Source: Octopus sinensis
Taxonomy: Eukaryota
Assembly: GCF_006345805.1 (NCBI RefSeq)
Contig: NC_043009.1
Location: 16,864,001-16,928,000 of the forward strand
Direction: 5' to 3'
DNA length: 64,000 bases
The notes under the pieces are model-generated. The model was given only the letters and a program-made list of their open reading frames with translations. It ran no database searches and had not been told where the DNA came from. Below, in pieces: positions 47,420 through 59,995 of the stretch (position 1 is its first letter; each line of letters begins with the position of its first letter). A program made the translations under genes and the position numbers.

Positions 47420-49115
47420 CATCATTATTTAACGTCCGCTTTCAATGCTAAGCATGGGTTGAACAGTTTGACTGAGGACTGGCAAGCCAGAAGGCTGCAC
47501 CAGGCGCCAGTCCGATTTGGCGAAGTTTCTACAGCTGGATGCCCTTTCTAAAGCCAACCACTCCGAGAGTGTAGAGGGTGCTTTTTACATGCCACAAGCA
47601 TGAGGGCTAGTCAGGCGGTACTGGCATTGACCACACTTGAATAATGCTTTTTACGTGCCACTGGCATGGGAGCCAGTCAGGCGGCACTGACAATGATCAC
47701 ACTCAAATGGTGCTTTTTATGTGCCACAAGCATGGGGCCAGTCAGACAGCATTGGCATCGACCACACTCAAATGGTGCTTTTTACATGCCTTCAGCACGG
47801 GTGCCACTCAGGCAGTACTGTCATCGGCCATGATTTCACTTGCCTCAACAGGTCTTCGCAAGTGCAGTTTATTGCCCAATAATTGAAGGGTACTCTTAAA
47901 TGGGCTAGTTATGCTGCACTGGCATTGGCCATGGTTACAGTCTCACTTGGCTTGCCAGGTCTTCTCAAGCACAGCATATCTCCAAAGGTCTCAGTCACTT
48001 GTCATTGCCTCAGTGAGGCCCACCATTTGAAGGTCATGCTTCATCACCTCATCCCAGGTCTTCCTGGGTCTACCTCTTCCACAGGTTCTCTCTACTGCTA
48101 GGGTGTGACACTTTTTCACACAGCTGTCCTCATCCATACGCAACACATGACCATACCAGCGCAGTCATCTCTCTTGCACACCACATCTAATGCTTCTTAT
48201 GTCCAAGTTTTCTCTCAGGGTGCTTACACTCTATTGTGTATGCACACTGACATTACACATCCAGTGGAGCATACTAGCTTCATTCCTTGCAAGCTTACGC
48301 ATGGCTGTTTGCTCACATGCATCAAACAGTCTACTTTTTACTCTGAGCAAGAGGCCATTTGTCATTAGCAGGGGTAGGGGCTCTCTGAACTTTGCCCAGG
48401 TTATTCTTATTCTTTGCAGCTACACTCTCAGAGTATCCATCCCTGCTACTGACTTGGTCATCTAGGTAATGGAAGCTATCAACTACTTCTAGTTTTTCCC
48501 CCTCGAATGTGACGGAAGTTGTTTTCTGCACATTTTCAGTATTTATTGCCCCTGAGCATTTGCTACACACAAAAACTATCTTCCCAGGTAGCCTTCCTTT
48601 GATATTGTTGTACATCTTATGTGACCATAGCTTACACCAGGTTCATCTTATGGAGTTTCTACCTACGCCTTTTCTACAGATTGAGCAGGGCTATCTACCT
48701 GAAGGGATTTGTGGTTTGTCTGCCTTCCTTCTTATTAAGACTTTGGCTTTTGCTAAATTGACTCTAAGGCCCTTTGATTGTAATCCTTGCTTACACACCT
48801 GAAACGTCTCTAGTTCTGATAGTGATTCAGCTACTAGAGCAAGGTCATCAGCATAGAGAAGCTCCTAGGGGCATCCTGTCTTGAATTCCTCTGTTATTAC
48901 CTGGAGGATTATGATGAATGAGAGGGGGCTGAGGATTGATCCTTGGTGGACCCCTACCCAGAATTCTTCACTGTACTCGTCAACCCTCACCTTACTAACA
49001 GTATCCCTGTACATGGCTTGTACAACTCTTACTAACCACTCATCTATCCCTAGTTTCTGCATTGACCACCAGATAAGGGATTGGGGGACCCTGTCAAAGG
49101 CTTTCTCCAAGTCAA
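47420..49115 (-). mobile_element. 5'-truncated RTE-clade LINE in NDUFA9 intron 9 (antisense)
   Basis: Minus ORF MEKAFDRVPQSLIWWSMQKLGIDEWLVR..HQGSILSP. VNTR 3'UTR and terminus near 47420. Confidence 0.92.
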
Positions 49116-49233
49116 AGGTATATATTTAAATATTTATATTATTATGTAACACTGTTTACATGTTCTTTTATACCATATTTCAGTATAAGAACTCTTGTTT
49201 ATTTATTCAACACTCTTCTGAATTTTATTACAG

Positions 49234-49300
49234 AGCCAAAGTTTGGGCTTTTTCTTACATGCCCAGTTACCCTCTTTTGAACTTTGAGAAGCTTGAGCGG
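49234..49300 (+). CDS. NDUFA9: NDUFA9 exon 10
   Basis: ttattacag|A...CGG|gtaagt. AKVWAFSYMPSYPLLNFEKLER. Confidence 0.93.
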
Positions 49301-49661
49301 GTAAGTTTGATATTTTCTTATTCAATTCCATCATTCTGGTGTTAGGCCTTTGTAGTCATCAAAACAGTTTCAAAGTAACTTCACTCGAATGAATACAGTT
49401 TAAATACAGTCCTAAAATAATTACATCATACAATCTACTTTTCATTCTTTACTAACAGATGTAGTAGTTCTCTGAACTTTGCCCAGCCTATTTTTATTCT
49501 AGTGATGTGAACTTATAATTCTTATGATAAGATGTTAATATTGTTTCATTAACTGTTGTTATGACTAGATGTCTTTCATAAAAGAATGTTATATATTATA
49601 TTGTTATGACAGTAGTTTTTGACTAAAAGCAAAATACTGAAAATATTGGTGTATTTTTTAG

Positions 49662-49835
49662 GAGCACATCACAGATGTCATTACAGGCTGCCCCACATTA
49701 GAAGACCTTGGGGTGAAACTGACTCATATTGAAGAACGTGCCGTGTTTGAACTGAAGCCTTTCCGAATGTATTCTTACTACTATGACCAGATTGGTGAAT
49801 TTAGTGAACCTCAGCCACCACCAATTGTAGCATAA
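49662..49835 (+). CDS. NDUFA9: NDUFA9 exon 11 (terminal)
   Basis: ttttttag|GAG...TAA. EHITDVITGCPTLEDLGVKLTHIEERAVFELKPFR...P. The eleven exons sum to 1164 nt in frame (387 aa). Confidence 0.96.
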   Translation, partial: EHITDVITGCPTLEDLGVKLTHIEERAVFELKPFRMYSYYYDQIGEFSEPQPPPIVA

Positions 49836-49902
49836 GGCTGCACAGTGCTAGCTTATATTCAGTTTGTGGAAAATTAGATAATTGGAAATTTCTTTATCTG
49901 TA

Positions 49903-49908
49903 AATAAA
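49903..49908 (+). terminator. NDUFA9 poly(A) signal
   Basis: AATAAA 68 nt after the stop. Confidence 0.7.
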
Positions 49909-50498
49909 AAGGAAAATAACATTCTTTCGTAAGTTATTTCATTTTACAAATCTATTCTGTGCTGTTGTTGTTGTTATTTAGCTCAGGTCAGCTTTGATCA
50001 AAGATTTATTCAGTCAATACTGCACAGCTCTGTCTTGCAAAAACAAAAAAAAAGGATATTACTAGAAGTCTCTTGTTGGCTCTCTACACAGTTGGCAACC
50101 ATTGAGTGATTAGATGCACTTAATGAGCTGGATATTAAAGAATACTTAATTAATACAGGAGAACAATTCTGAACATAATTTCTGTTGAGTTTGCTTTTAC
50201 ACTAAAATTGACTGATTTGCTGATTTCAAAACTTCAGTCCGTTTTCTTCTATCAGGTCAAGTTTTTTGTTTCTGCAGCTTACTCGCTGAATAAGCACAAT
50301 TGTATTGGTTGTCCATAGGTAATAGGGCTGGTACCACCAGCATGTAAAAAGCAGCCGGCACACTCTGTAAAGTGTTGGCATTAAGAAGAGCCTCCAGCTG
50401 TCGAAATCCTGCCACAGCAGACAATTAGAGTCTGGACAGCTCCTGTCAATCTGTCCAACCCATGCCAGCATGGAAAACAGACATTAAATGATGACGAA

Positions 50499-51848
50499 CA
50501 CTGGGGAACGTTTTGAAAACATTTTTAGTTGGGTTGCCTTTTTAAGATTAGTTCTACCTTATCAGGTGGTGCTGGTTTCAGAAATACCATCAGAAATAAT
50601 TTTCTATCACATCAAAGTTTTTTGATAAACAAGAATTCATTTTTTACCAAAAAAATGTCAATTTTGCCACTAAATGCAAAACTGAAATTAAACTAACAGA
50701 AACCAAATAGTTCTTTTTATTCTTTAACAAATATATTACACAAAATGTTTAATAACAGACTTTTGGAAATACAAAACCAATGCCAATGTCTTCTGCTATA
50801 TTTGTGCAGCAAAACAAAGTTACAAATTTTATGAAGAAAACTTATCTTTCTTGCTTTGGCATAAAATTGGTTGACCAAGACAAAGCCTAGACACTCCGTA
50901 TGTTGTGTAAAATGTGTTGAAACACTGGAATGGTGAGTGTCTGCAATGCTTAAGCAGAAAATTTCTAGCTTTGCCTGGTGAGGAAAAAGTGATGAGCAAA
51001 GAGAAAGATTTCACTAAGACATTGAAACCCTTGAGATTAAGCATCAAGTTGGGTGGAATACAAACATGATGGCTGACTACTGGTGGACATTGGGGTTGTT
51101 TTTGTATTTTCTTCTCTTGCAACTGGACATATTTTTGAAATACAAGACATACCACGGGAAAAGTATTTTCAGAATTGTCAACAGTATTAAAGTAAGCAAA
51201 TGTAGATTTGTGATGGCAAAGAGCATACATGCCATGAAGTTCTTTGACAATGCTTGACAAAAAGTAACCTTGACCTATGTGACCTCACATTAAGAGTGTA
51301 TTCAAAATACTGATTCTCATACGAAATAGTTATGGTTCAACAAAACATGTCTCACCCAGTAGTCACACTACATCAAGCACAGTGTGGGCATATCTGCAGA
51401 CAGATGTCACAAATATGAGACATGATGCCAAGGACTACAGAAATGTATTGTTTATTAACATCTAATCATATAAAGAACATTTCTGTAATGGTCATGGCAT
51501 TTAAAACTGGTCAGATTGAAAATAGTGAAAGTTGCTTGAGTTTTATTTGCCTTTTATTTACTGAAGATACTTAAATCGTGACTTTTGTAGTTGCATTTGC
51601 TTTAAGTGATACTGAAAAGGTATGTTTTCAAAGTTATATTAAGATCCATACATGGGTCAGCATCTAATGAAACCAAATCTCTCCTTAGAAATGGTGACAA
51701 TACTAGAAATGTTGGAAAATGGACTTTTGAGTTTGTAAAAAATCTTCATGTGATAGAGCAAATTGGATTTCATTTTTGAAATCAGCACCTCAAAATTACT
51801 AGGAAACATGTCTCCAACACCGGACAACAGAAACCTCGTTCCCCAGTG
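50499..51848 (+). mobile_element. Internally deleted Chapaev3-like (CMC group) DNA transposon
   Basis: Perfect 12-bp TIR CACTGGGGAACG/CGTTCCCCAGTG. Remnants of the N-terminus (NVFCYIC, KKTYLSCFGIKLVDQDK) and C-terminus (GWNTNMMADYWWTL). Family name is from recall of motifs. Confidence 0.75.
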
Positions 51849-51962
51849 TAATTAGCCATTAAACAAGAAACGGTCATCTTTTCAAACCACAACTGAAAGA
51901 GAAAGGAAGCATCACACCATTCCATTTTCACAAAATTAAATCTGTATATTATTTTTTGGGGT

Positions 51963-51968
51963 TTTATT
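51963..51968 (-). terminator. Candidate DNAI7 poly(A) signal
   Basis: TTTATT on plus (AATAAA on minus), about 52 nt past the stop. Confidence 0.5.
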
Positions 51969-52019
51969 GCATCTATAATATTGATCTGTTTAACATTTCA
52001 AATCATTAGCTGGTCAATG

Positions 52020-52157
52020 TTATGAATATGTTAACACTCTTGCTGCAGTAAGCATATGTTCCACACAGTCCCTAAACTCTGGTGATGTTTTCTTCAAGCG
52101 TTCAACAGCTTCCTCTGATCCACTTCCCTTGACCATGTGGTAAAAATTGGAGAAATA
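52020..52157 (-). CDS. DNAI7: DNAI7/CASC1 (axonemal dynein intermediate chain 7) terminal exon
   Basis: attcttag|TAT...TAA. YFSNFYHMVKGSGSEEAVERLKKTSPEFRDCVEHMLTAARVLTYS matches the CASC1 C-terminus (LYHMVK..SEEA.E.......F...V.HML...R.L.YS). Confidence 0.85.
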   Translation of the reverse strand, partial: YFSNFYHMVKGSGSEEAVERLKKTSPEFRDCVEHMLTAARVLTYS

Positions 52158-52464
52158 CTAAGAATAGAGAAAATTATTTAGAAATTTAGACTTTTCCCAA
52201 CATTGAATAAAAGGAAACAATAAAATTAGTGAACGTTAATTGGGGTGAGAAAAATTTATAAGAAGAATACAAAAAATACTTGTCACGACCGGTCATTCTC
52301 AATTATTAACCAACCTTAATTTGAAATAAAATTATCTTTCCACAGATCCAAGTTTTCTACATTTGGCTATTTTGATCATGAAAAGTCTTTTTTTTTTTCT
52401 TTGTAAACTGGTTCATTTCAACTTCTGAGGTTAGCAGAAATACAATTATCTTTTGTTTTTTACT

Positions 52465-52720
52465 TGTTTCAGTCTTTGGACTCCAACCATGTTGGGGCAA
52501 CTTCTCAGAGGGTTTTAGTCAAATGAATCAAAGTTACAGAAACATAAACAAACCAACACTGGTTGTCAACCCTCACACACAACAGGCGTCTTTCAGTTTC
52601 TGTCCACTAAATCCACTCACTAAGCTTTGGTCACCTCAGGACTTTGCAGGAGAAACTTGCTCAAGGTACCATGCAGTGGGACTGAAACTGGAACCATGTG
52701 GTTGGGAAGCAGACTTTTTA
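52465..52720 (-). mobile_element. SINE family A copy, deleted
   Basis: Reverse-complement similarity to 12615-13055. Confidence 0.7.
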
Positions 52721-53204
52721 CCAATATCAATATTTTCATGCAGTTTTACGGAGTGTGTACTAATTATCATTCAGCATTTTTGTTTTTTTTTAGAAAAACA
52801 AAGAATAGAAAACTCTTGTTAGCTTTTTGATGCTCCATGCATGAAATATTTTAACTTTAACTTTATGTAGAGTAGTTATACTTAACAATGAAGTACAAAC
52901 TATTAACAAACCATAAGATAAAGCTATTACACCAATAGGACAGGATTTAAAATTTATTTCTACTCAGCCCTATCTTTCTGGTGATTATATCAAAAGTTGC
53001 TTTCATTGCCACTGTTTTATATATTCACCCAAACATACTTTTTACATGTTACTTATTTCTTTTTAATGGATCTGATGATTTTCATATTCAGCTGAAATTG
53101 CTAATTGGTTTCGATCATTGGTCAGAGCTATTTTGCTTCTGTATCTAACTCCATAAAGAAAGCATACAAATTGCAGTTTTGCAGTTAATAATAATAATAA
53201 TAAT

Positions 53205-54620
53205 CATCATCATCATCGTTTAAGGTCTGCTTTCCATGCTAGCATGGATTGGACGATTTTGACTGAGGGCTGGCGAACCAGATGGCTGCACCAGGCTTCA
53301 ATCTTGATCTGGCAGTGTTTCTACAGCTGGATGCCCTTCCTAATGCCAACCACTCTGAGAGTGTAGTGGGTGCTTTTATGTGCCACCAGCACGGGGCCGG
53401 TCAGGCGGTACTGGCAACGACCTTGCTCGAATCTTTTACACATGCCACCGGCACAGGTGCCAGGAAGGCAATGCTGGTAAAGATCACACTCGAATGGTGC
53501 CTTTTATGTGCCACTAGCCGCTCTGTCAACGATCACACTCGTATGGTGCTCTTTGTACCCCGCTAGCACGAATGCCAGTCATCGAATTTGATTTTGATTT
53601 CACTTGCCTCAACAGGTCTTCGCAAGCAGAGTTTTAGTGTTCCAAGAAGGTAAAGGTACGTATAAGTGGGCTGGTTACGCCCCTGGCATAGGCCACAAAG
53701 TTATGGTCTCATTTGGCTTGCCGGGTCTTCTCAAGCACAGCATATTTCCAAAAGTCTCGGTCACTAGTCATTTCCTTGGTGAAGCCTAAAGTTCAAAGGT
53801 CGTGCTTCACCACTTCATCCCAGGTCTTCCTGGGTCTACCTCTTCCACAGGTTCCCTCAATTGCTAGGGTGTGGCACTTTTTCACACAGCTATCCTCATC
53901 CATACGCAACACGACCATACCAGCGCAGTCATCTCTCTTGCACACCACATCTGATGCTTCTTAGGTCCAACTTTTCTCTCAAGGCACTTACACTCTGTCG
54001 AGTATGCACACTGACATTATACATCCATTGGATCATGCTGGCTTCATTCCTTGTGAGCTTACGCATGTCCTCAGCAGTCACAGCCCATGTTTCACTGCAA
54101 TGTAGCATGACTGTTCACACACATGCATCATACAGTCTACCTTTTACTCTGAGTGAGAGGCTATTTGTCACCAGCAGAGGTAAGAGGTCTCTGAACTTTG
54201 CCCAGGCTATTCTTATTCTAGCAGCTACACTTTCAGCACACCCACCCCAACTACTGACTTGGTCACCTAGGTAATGGAAGCTATCAACTACTTCTAGTTT
54301 TTCTCCCTGGAATGTGGGGGAAGTTGTTCTCTGCTCATTTTCAGTGTTTATTGCACCCGAGCATCCGCCACATACAAAAACTATCTTCCCAGTTAGCCTT
54401 CCTTTGATATTGCTGTACCTCCTATGTGTCCATAGCTTACACTGGGTACATCTTATAAGAGTTTCTACCAACGCCTTTTCTACAGATCAAACAGGGCCAA
54501 CTACCTGAAGGGATTTGTGGTTTGCCTGCCTTACTACTTATTAGGACTTTGGTTTTGGTTAGGTTGACTCTATGGCCCTTCGATTCTAATCCTTGTTTCC
54601 ACACTTGAAACTTCTCCTCT
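53205..54620 (-). mobile_element. 5'-truncated RTE-clade LINE in the last DNAI7 intron
   Basis: Minus ORF IRCTQCKLWTHRR..EVVDSFHYLGDQVS..WAKFRDLLPLL..KGRLYDACV, plus the VNTR tail. Confidence 0.92.
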
Positions 54621-55083
54621 AGTTCTGATCGATACATTTTAATAGTTGTCCAAAATTAGACTTGTCAGGATCAATTTAAGCTGTGTGTTCTGACATGACT
54701 GGATCTATTTAAAGAGACCTTTTGCTTTTTTTTACCTTGTTTCAGTCATTAGACTGCTGCCATGCTGGAGCACCACCTCAAAGAATTTTTAGTCAAATGA
54801 ATCAACCTCAGTACATTCTTGTTTTAAACCTGGTATTAATTCTATCAGTCTTTTGCCAAACAGCTGTTACAGGGATGTAAACATACCAACACTGGTTGTC
54901 AAGTGGTGGAAGACGGATAAATGCTGGCACAAGGACACACACACACACACACACACACCATGTTTCCTTTTGTTATGCAGGTCAATCATTCCTCAATAAA
55001 ATCAATATCTCTCATCTGATTTTCTTAAAATTTTTAGAGGATTTGTAGGTTTATGTGTCCCATGTCTCATCTAAATCAGTGAA

Positions 55084-56395
55084 CACTTAAAGCAGAAATG
55101 AAGGAAAATACGTTTACATGGTGTTTCCTTTTATTCTGCAAGTTACGATACTGCTTTCCCCCCATGTGATGTGTGATTTTGAAATGGTTTTTCTTAATTT
55201 CAAATACAGGAAATATAGAAATGGGCCAAAGTAAAGATTTAACATCAAAGGAGAAGAAAGAAATTGTGAAACTACTGGGAGAAGGGGATACAACAGCTGT
55301 GATTTCTAAAACGCTAAACAGGGATTGAAAAAACAGGTACGAAACACTGAGAGAGTAAGAATAAGGAAGAAAATGGGATTCAAGAACATCACAAATAGAG
55401 ATAAGAGGAAACTCAAAATAATTATGTGCAAGAAAAGTGGGTTAATCAGCAAAGAAATCTTTGAAGAAGCAAGAACCTCTAACAAAGGGAAAAAACATTG
55501 CAGAATATTAAAAGAAATAGGCAAAGTCTTAAATTTTGCCAAATTGCCTCGTTTAAAGAAAAGTACACAAAGAAAAAAAGAGTGATGTGGGAAAAAAGAT
55601 ACCTGAAGACAGACTTTTACTGACAAGTGCAGAGCAACATTAGATGGAGCTTGATGGATGGACAAGAGGCTGGGTGTTACATGGGAAAAGTCAACCAACA
55701 CGATTAAGAAGAGAGCAAGGTGGTGGAGGAATCATGTTTTGGGCTGGTATAGTTGGAGGAGACATTATAGGTCCATGTAAGGTTGCTGATGGAATCAAAA
55801 TAAATGCTGGAAATTATCGCAAGTTTCTAGATGACAATGTCTTCCATTGGTACAAGTCAACATCATGAGGTTTCAAGTTAAAGAGCATATTTATGCATGA
55901 TAATGCCCCTTCATACTCTGCCAAACTCACTATTAACCATTTAACTAAGAAAGGCTTCAAAGAACATAAGATAATGGAATCCCCCACACTCACAATCTCC
56001 AGATCTATACCTAATAGAGAATTTGTGGTCAATTATTAAAAAAGATGTATATTCAATGGTAAACAATATCCAAACAAGGATTTACTATGGGAAGCAATAA
56101 AAACAGCTGCAAGTAATATTAAAAGTGAGATTGTTGAGAAATTGATAAAATCAGTTGATGAGAGAATATTTAAAGTTACAGATGGTAAAGGAGGCGTATA
56201 TAAAGGTGTAAAATATATACATAATTGTTTATAAATATAATTATATGGTGGAAGATTTACATATATATGAATGGTCTGGTTATGTATTGTTCTAGATGTG
56301 AATCACATTACATGTAGTTTATATAATATTTGTTAACTTGCATAATAAAAAGAAACATCCTATAAACGTGGTTTTCTTCAGTTCTGCTTTAAATG
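55084..56395 (+). mobile_element. Near full-length, inactivated Tc1-superfamily transposon (DD37E/TRT-like)
   Basis: About 62-bp imperfect TIRs (cacttaaagcagaa.. / ..ttctgctttaaatg) with TA at 56396-56397. TD(K)CRATLDG, RLRREQGGGGIMFWAGI, HDNAP and SPDL..IENLW motifs, with frameshifts. Confidence 0.88.
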
Positions 56396-56879
56396 TACGC
56401 GAGACATGGAATACATAATCCTAAACATCCTGTAAAAATTTCAAGAAAATCAGACAAGGGGTTTTGATTTTATTGAGGAAAGGAAACATAGTGTATATAT
56501 AGTATATGTCCATGGATACAATGGACATCCATGGATTATTATTATTACTATTACATGCAATGGGACTTCTTGCCACACAGCCATGTCGGCATCTTGTTCA
56601 ATATGAAGTACTAGGTAGCAAAACTTTGAGGAACATCGTTCAACATGCCTCTTGACATGAAATTCAATTGTTTATCTTAACATTCCAAAATTATGCAGGA
56701 GTATAAATTAAAATGACAAGAATTCAAAGCTGGCTGACATAGGTTTATGATGCACAGATAGTGTAGAATAAAAGCTATCATATCATTACAAATCTGTACT
56801 CTTTGAGGCATAGAACAGATTTTGGTTTGGGCATAACACAGTGACATTTTTGCTACTTGTCAACTGCAAGAAAAAGTTA

Positions 56880-58190
56880 TTGGTTTATTTGTTTTTTTTT
56901 TTCTTTTTTCCAGTTTGACCATAAAATACTTCAGATCCTTGGCATTCTAGCAAAATTATTTGCCATGATCTGATCCTCTCATGACAACATGGAGTGTTTA
57001 GTGTTATCATACAGATCAACATCACCATCAAAGTCAAAACTGGTTGAAGCAACAATTCTCTTCTTACTCAACCTCTGTATTGTTCATCCATTAAGCTATA
57101 GTTGAAAATAAGACTTCTTCACAAACAGAACTAGAATCCAGGTAGTATATTGGTGAACTCTTCAAAGTCTGATTCTCGTTAAAAACATATGAAAAATGCT
57201 ATTTGTGAATGATAAAGCTGCATCTAATCATAATGTATCCCACAGTCAACAAATGAGTAACTCTTGGATCTCAGCTTATGAAGATGACAACCAGACAGTT
57301 AACATCAGCAAGATTCACAACCTGTACCAATCTCCTCCAAGGTCCAACCAAGAAAACATTGGAACAACTATCAACAACAAACTGATAGAATAGATCTTCT
57401 ACTTCCTATATTTTGGCTCTATCTTCAAATGTAACCATAAATAATGTGATCAACTATGGATATATGCAGTCCATACGGTCTGCGGAAAGCTTTATCAAAG
57501 AGTCTCCAAGAACTTCAGACTCATAACTGCGACTGACCAGTCCATGTACTGAGCAGTGGTTATCAATACAGTTCGTTATGCTTATGGGACATGGACTCAT
57601 TATCGATGTCACATCAAACAGCATGGATGGTTTCATTACTCATAGCTTCACTCACCTCTAGGTATTAACTGGAGCAATAGAAGGCTAATACCAATCTTCT
57701 AGAATCAGCAGAAAGGACTAGCACCAAGGTCTTGATCATCAAATATCAACCTGGGTTGGCTTTGATCAAAAAGTGAACCAATGACTCCCACAATCAACAA
57801 CTGAGGGTCAGGAACATCTTGAAGTGAAACTTCACATTTTGTAATATCCAACAAAAGGAGTTCAAAATTGTGCCAAGGAACAGAAAACAAGAAATCTCTT
57901 TCTCAGCTGCAAATCCTTTGAGCAAGACAAATGATAAGGAGTACCAAATATATCAAATGAGAAAGAGATGACAAATCGCCATCAGTGAAAAACTCTAATG
58001 GTACTGTGGTGAAAATGTTAGTTATTTTCATTAAATCTAGTCACAGAGAGGCCATGTTAGAAGCTGAAATGAAAGCAATTAAAGTAAGCAGGATAACTTC
58101 TTGGATCAAGAAAGTTTATGATGACAATAATCATTCCAAAATATCTTAAATGCAACAATATTCAAGAATGAACTAAGACTACAAGTATCC
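56880..58190 (+). mobile_element. Very old RTE (BovB-like) LINE fragment
   Basis: Degenerate motifs KILQILGILAKLFAMI..HDNM, LFV.D, TVNISK and YFGS. No intact ORF. Confidence 0.55.
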
Positions 58191-58211
58191 AGTTCTTTTA
58201 AATAATCTTAC

Positions 58212-58310
58212 CACGTAGTCTTCCTCTTGTTCCGCTGAAAATACGTCATCAAATTCATCAAGCTTCAGTTTCATTACATGTGTTTTGGACACTAAATACA
58301 ACTCCCAATC
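58212..58310 (-). CDS. DNAI7: DNAI7/CASC1 exon
   Basis: cttatgcag|GAT...GTG|gtaag, 99 nt. DWELYLVSKTHVMKLKLDEFDDVFSAEQEEDYV. Confidence 0.82.
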
Positions 58311-58574
58311 CTGCATAAGACAAAAATGATAAAACTGAGTTTATGTTTTCAGATCAGAGACGTTTAAAACAACATCTTCACTCAAAAGAGAGATGAACAA
58401 TTATAGAATTCAAATTATTTGTTTAAAAATGATTCTAGAGAGCAGCAATATAATAATAGGTGCCTTTTTGCAAACTCAGATGCTACAACATTAAGAAACG
58501 CATGACATGAGGTCTCCCCTCAAAAGAAATTGGACATTTAAAAGTGAGCCAACAAGCTAGCATATTCTTTTCTA

Positions 58575-58780
58575 CTCTAAGCACAAGCCCCAAAAATGTT
58601 GGGGAAGGAGCCAATTGATTAGATCAACCCCAGTATGCAACTAGTACTTGATTTATAGACCCCGAAAGAATGAAAGGCAAAGTCGATCTTGGTGAAATTT
58701 GAACTCAGAATGTAAAGACAGACGAAATACTGCTAAGCATTTCACCTGGTGTGCTAACGTTTCTGCCAGCTCACCGCCTC
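58575..58780 (-). mobile_element. SINE family B
   Basis: gaccccgaaagaatgaaaggcaaagtcgatcttggtgaaatttgaactcagaatgtaaagacagacgaaatactgctaagc. Confidence 0.82.
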
Positions 58781-59226
58781 AAGCTAGCATATTGCGCTCA
58801 CAATTATAGTGCTATAAATCAATGACCTTGTTCTTCATTCTATGTAACAACCTCTCATTAATTGATCTACACATGCTAAAGTGAATGTATAATGACAAAA
58901 CAATATACTACCATGTGTACTGAACAGATTTGGTATTTTTCAGCAGCCAGTCATGGAATTTCATTGCAAGCTAACTGGAAAAATGGGAATATATTCTATG
59001 ACTATCTACTTCCACATCTCAGAGAGTTCACCCTATAACAATTATTAGATTTATCAAACCAATTCAGGTACTTGCTTCAAAAACTGGATACATGCCCTCC
59101 CTGCTACTATAATGTTTTGCACAGAAATTTAATTTGTAATATTAATAATGGTGATGGCGTCATTGATTACTAAAACCATTGAGAAGAAACTGAAAACATT
59201 TCATATTGGTTTATAAAGCTACTTAC

Positions 59227-59376
59227 ATCACATACTTCTTCATCTTCAAGTAATTCAATACCTTGTAAAACTAACTGGTCTCTCTCAGCAGAATAATTCC
59301 AACGTGACCATGTAAAAGCCATGCATGATGCTACCAGTGCCATCTGGTGGTAACAACGTTCTTCATTAACAAAACT
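59227..59376 (-). CDS. DNAI7: DNAI7/CASC1 exon
   Basis: aattacag|AGT...GAT|gtaagt, 150 nt. EERCYHQMALVASCMAFTWSRWN matches CASC1 AYRQMALLSSAFAFGWSKWN. Confidence 0.88.
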
Positions 59377-59995
59377 CTGTAATTCAAGCATTATAAATAT
59401 ATATACATGTGTGTGTGTGTGCACGTGCATGTGTGTGTATGTACACACACACACAATACTCTATATCTAAATAGGATTTTTTTAGTGAACAAAATTGTTA
59501 GATGACATAAGACAGAGTTAAAAATGAGGTATGGGTGTCATTAAGTAGAGGCAAGGAGACCTAACTGGCAGCACATGAAGTGGATGAAATATGTAGTTCT
59601 GCTCTCATTTAATTACTGCCGTGGAACAATATATTAACTAGAAGAGTGATGGAGGGATGATAAGGAGATGAGATGGTAGAGAAAGCTTGATGGAGACACT
59701 TTGGATGCAAGGCTTTTCTTTACCAAAGTGTGTTGCCGGTCATCTGTCTTATTTGTTCTGAGAGGATCAGTATCTTAGGATCAGCCTTCACTACTTTGTT
59801 CCACATCTTCCTGAGTTTCCCTCTTCCACAGGTTCCATCCACATTAAGCAATCAGTAGTCCTTTATACAGCTCCCCTCATCCATACACATCACATACCCC
59901 CATACCACCACAGTTTTCTCGTTTGCACACACTACATCTAATTTCTCTTATTCCCACTTTTTGTCTCAATATCCTGTACAGTCAGGATAAAAAAA

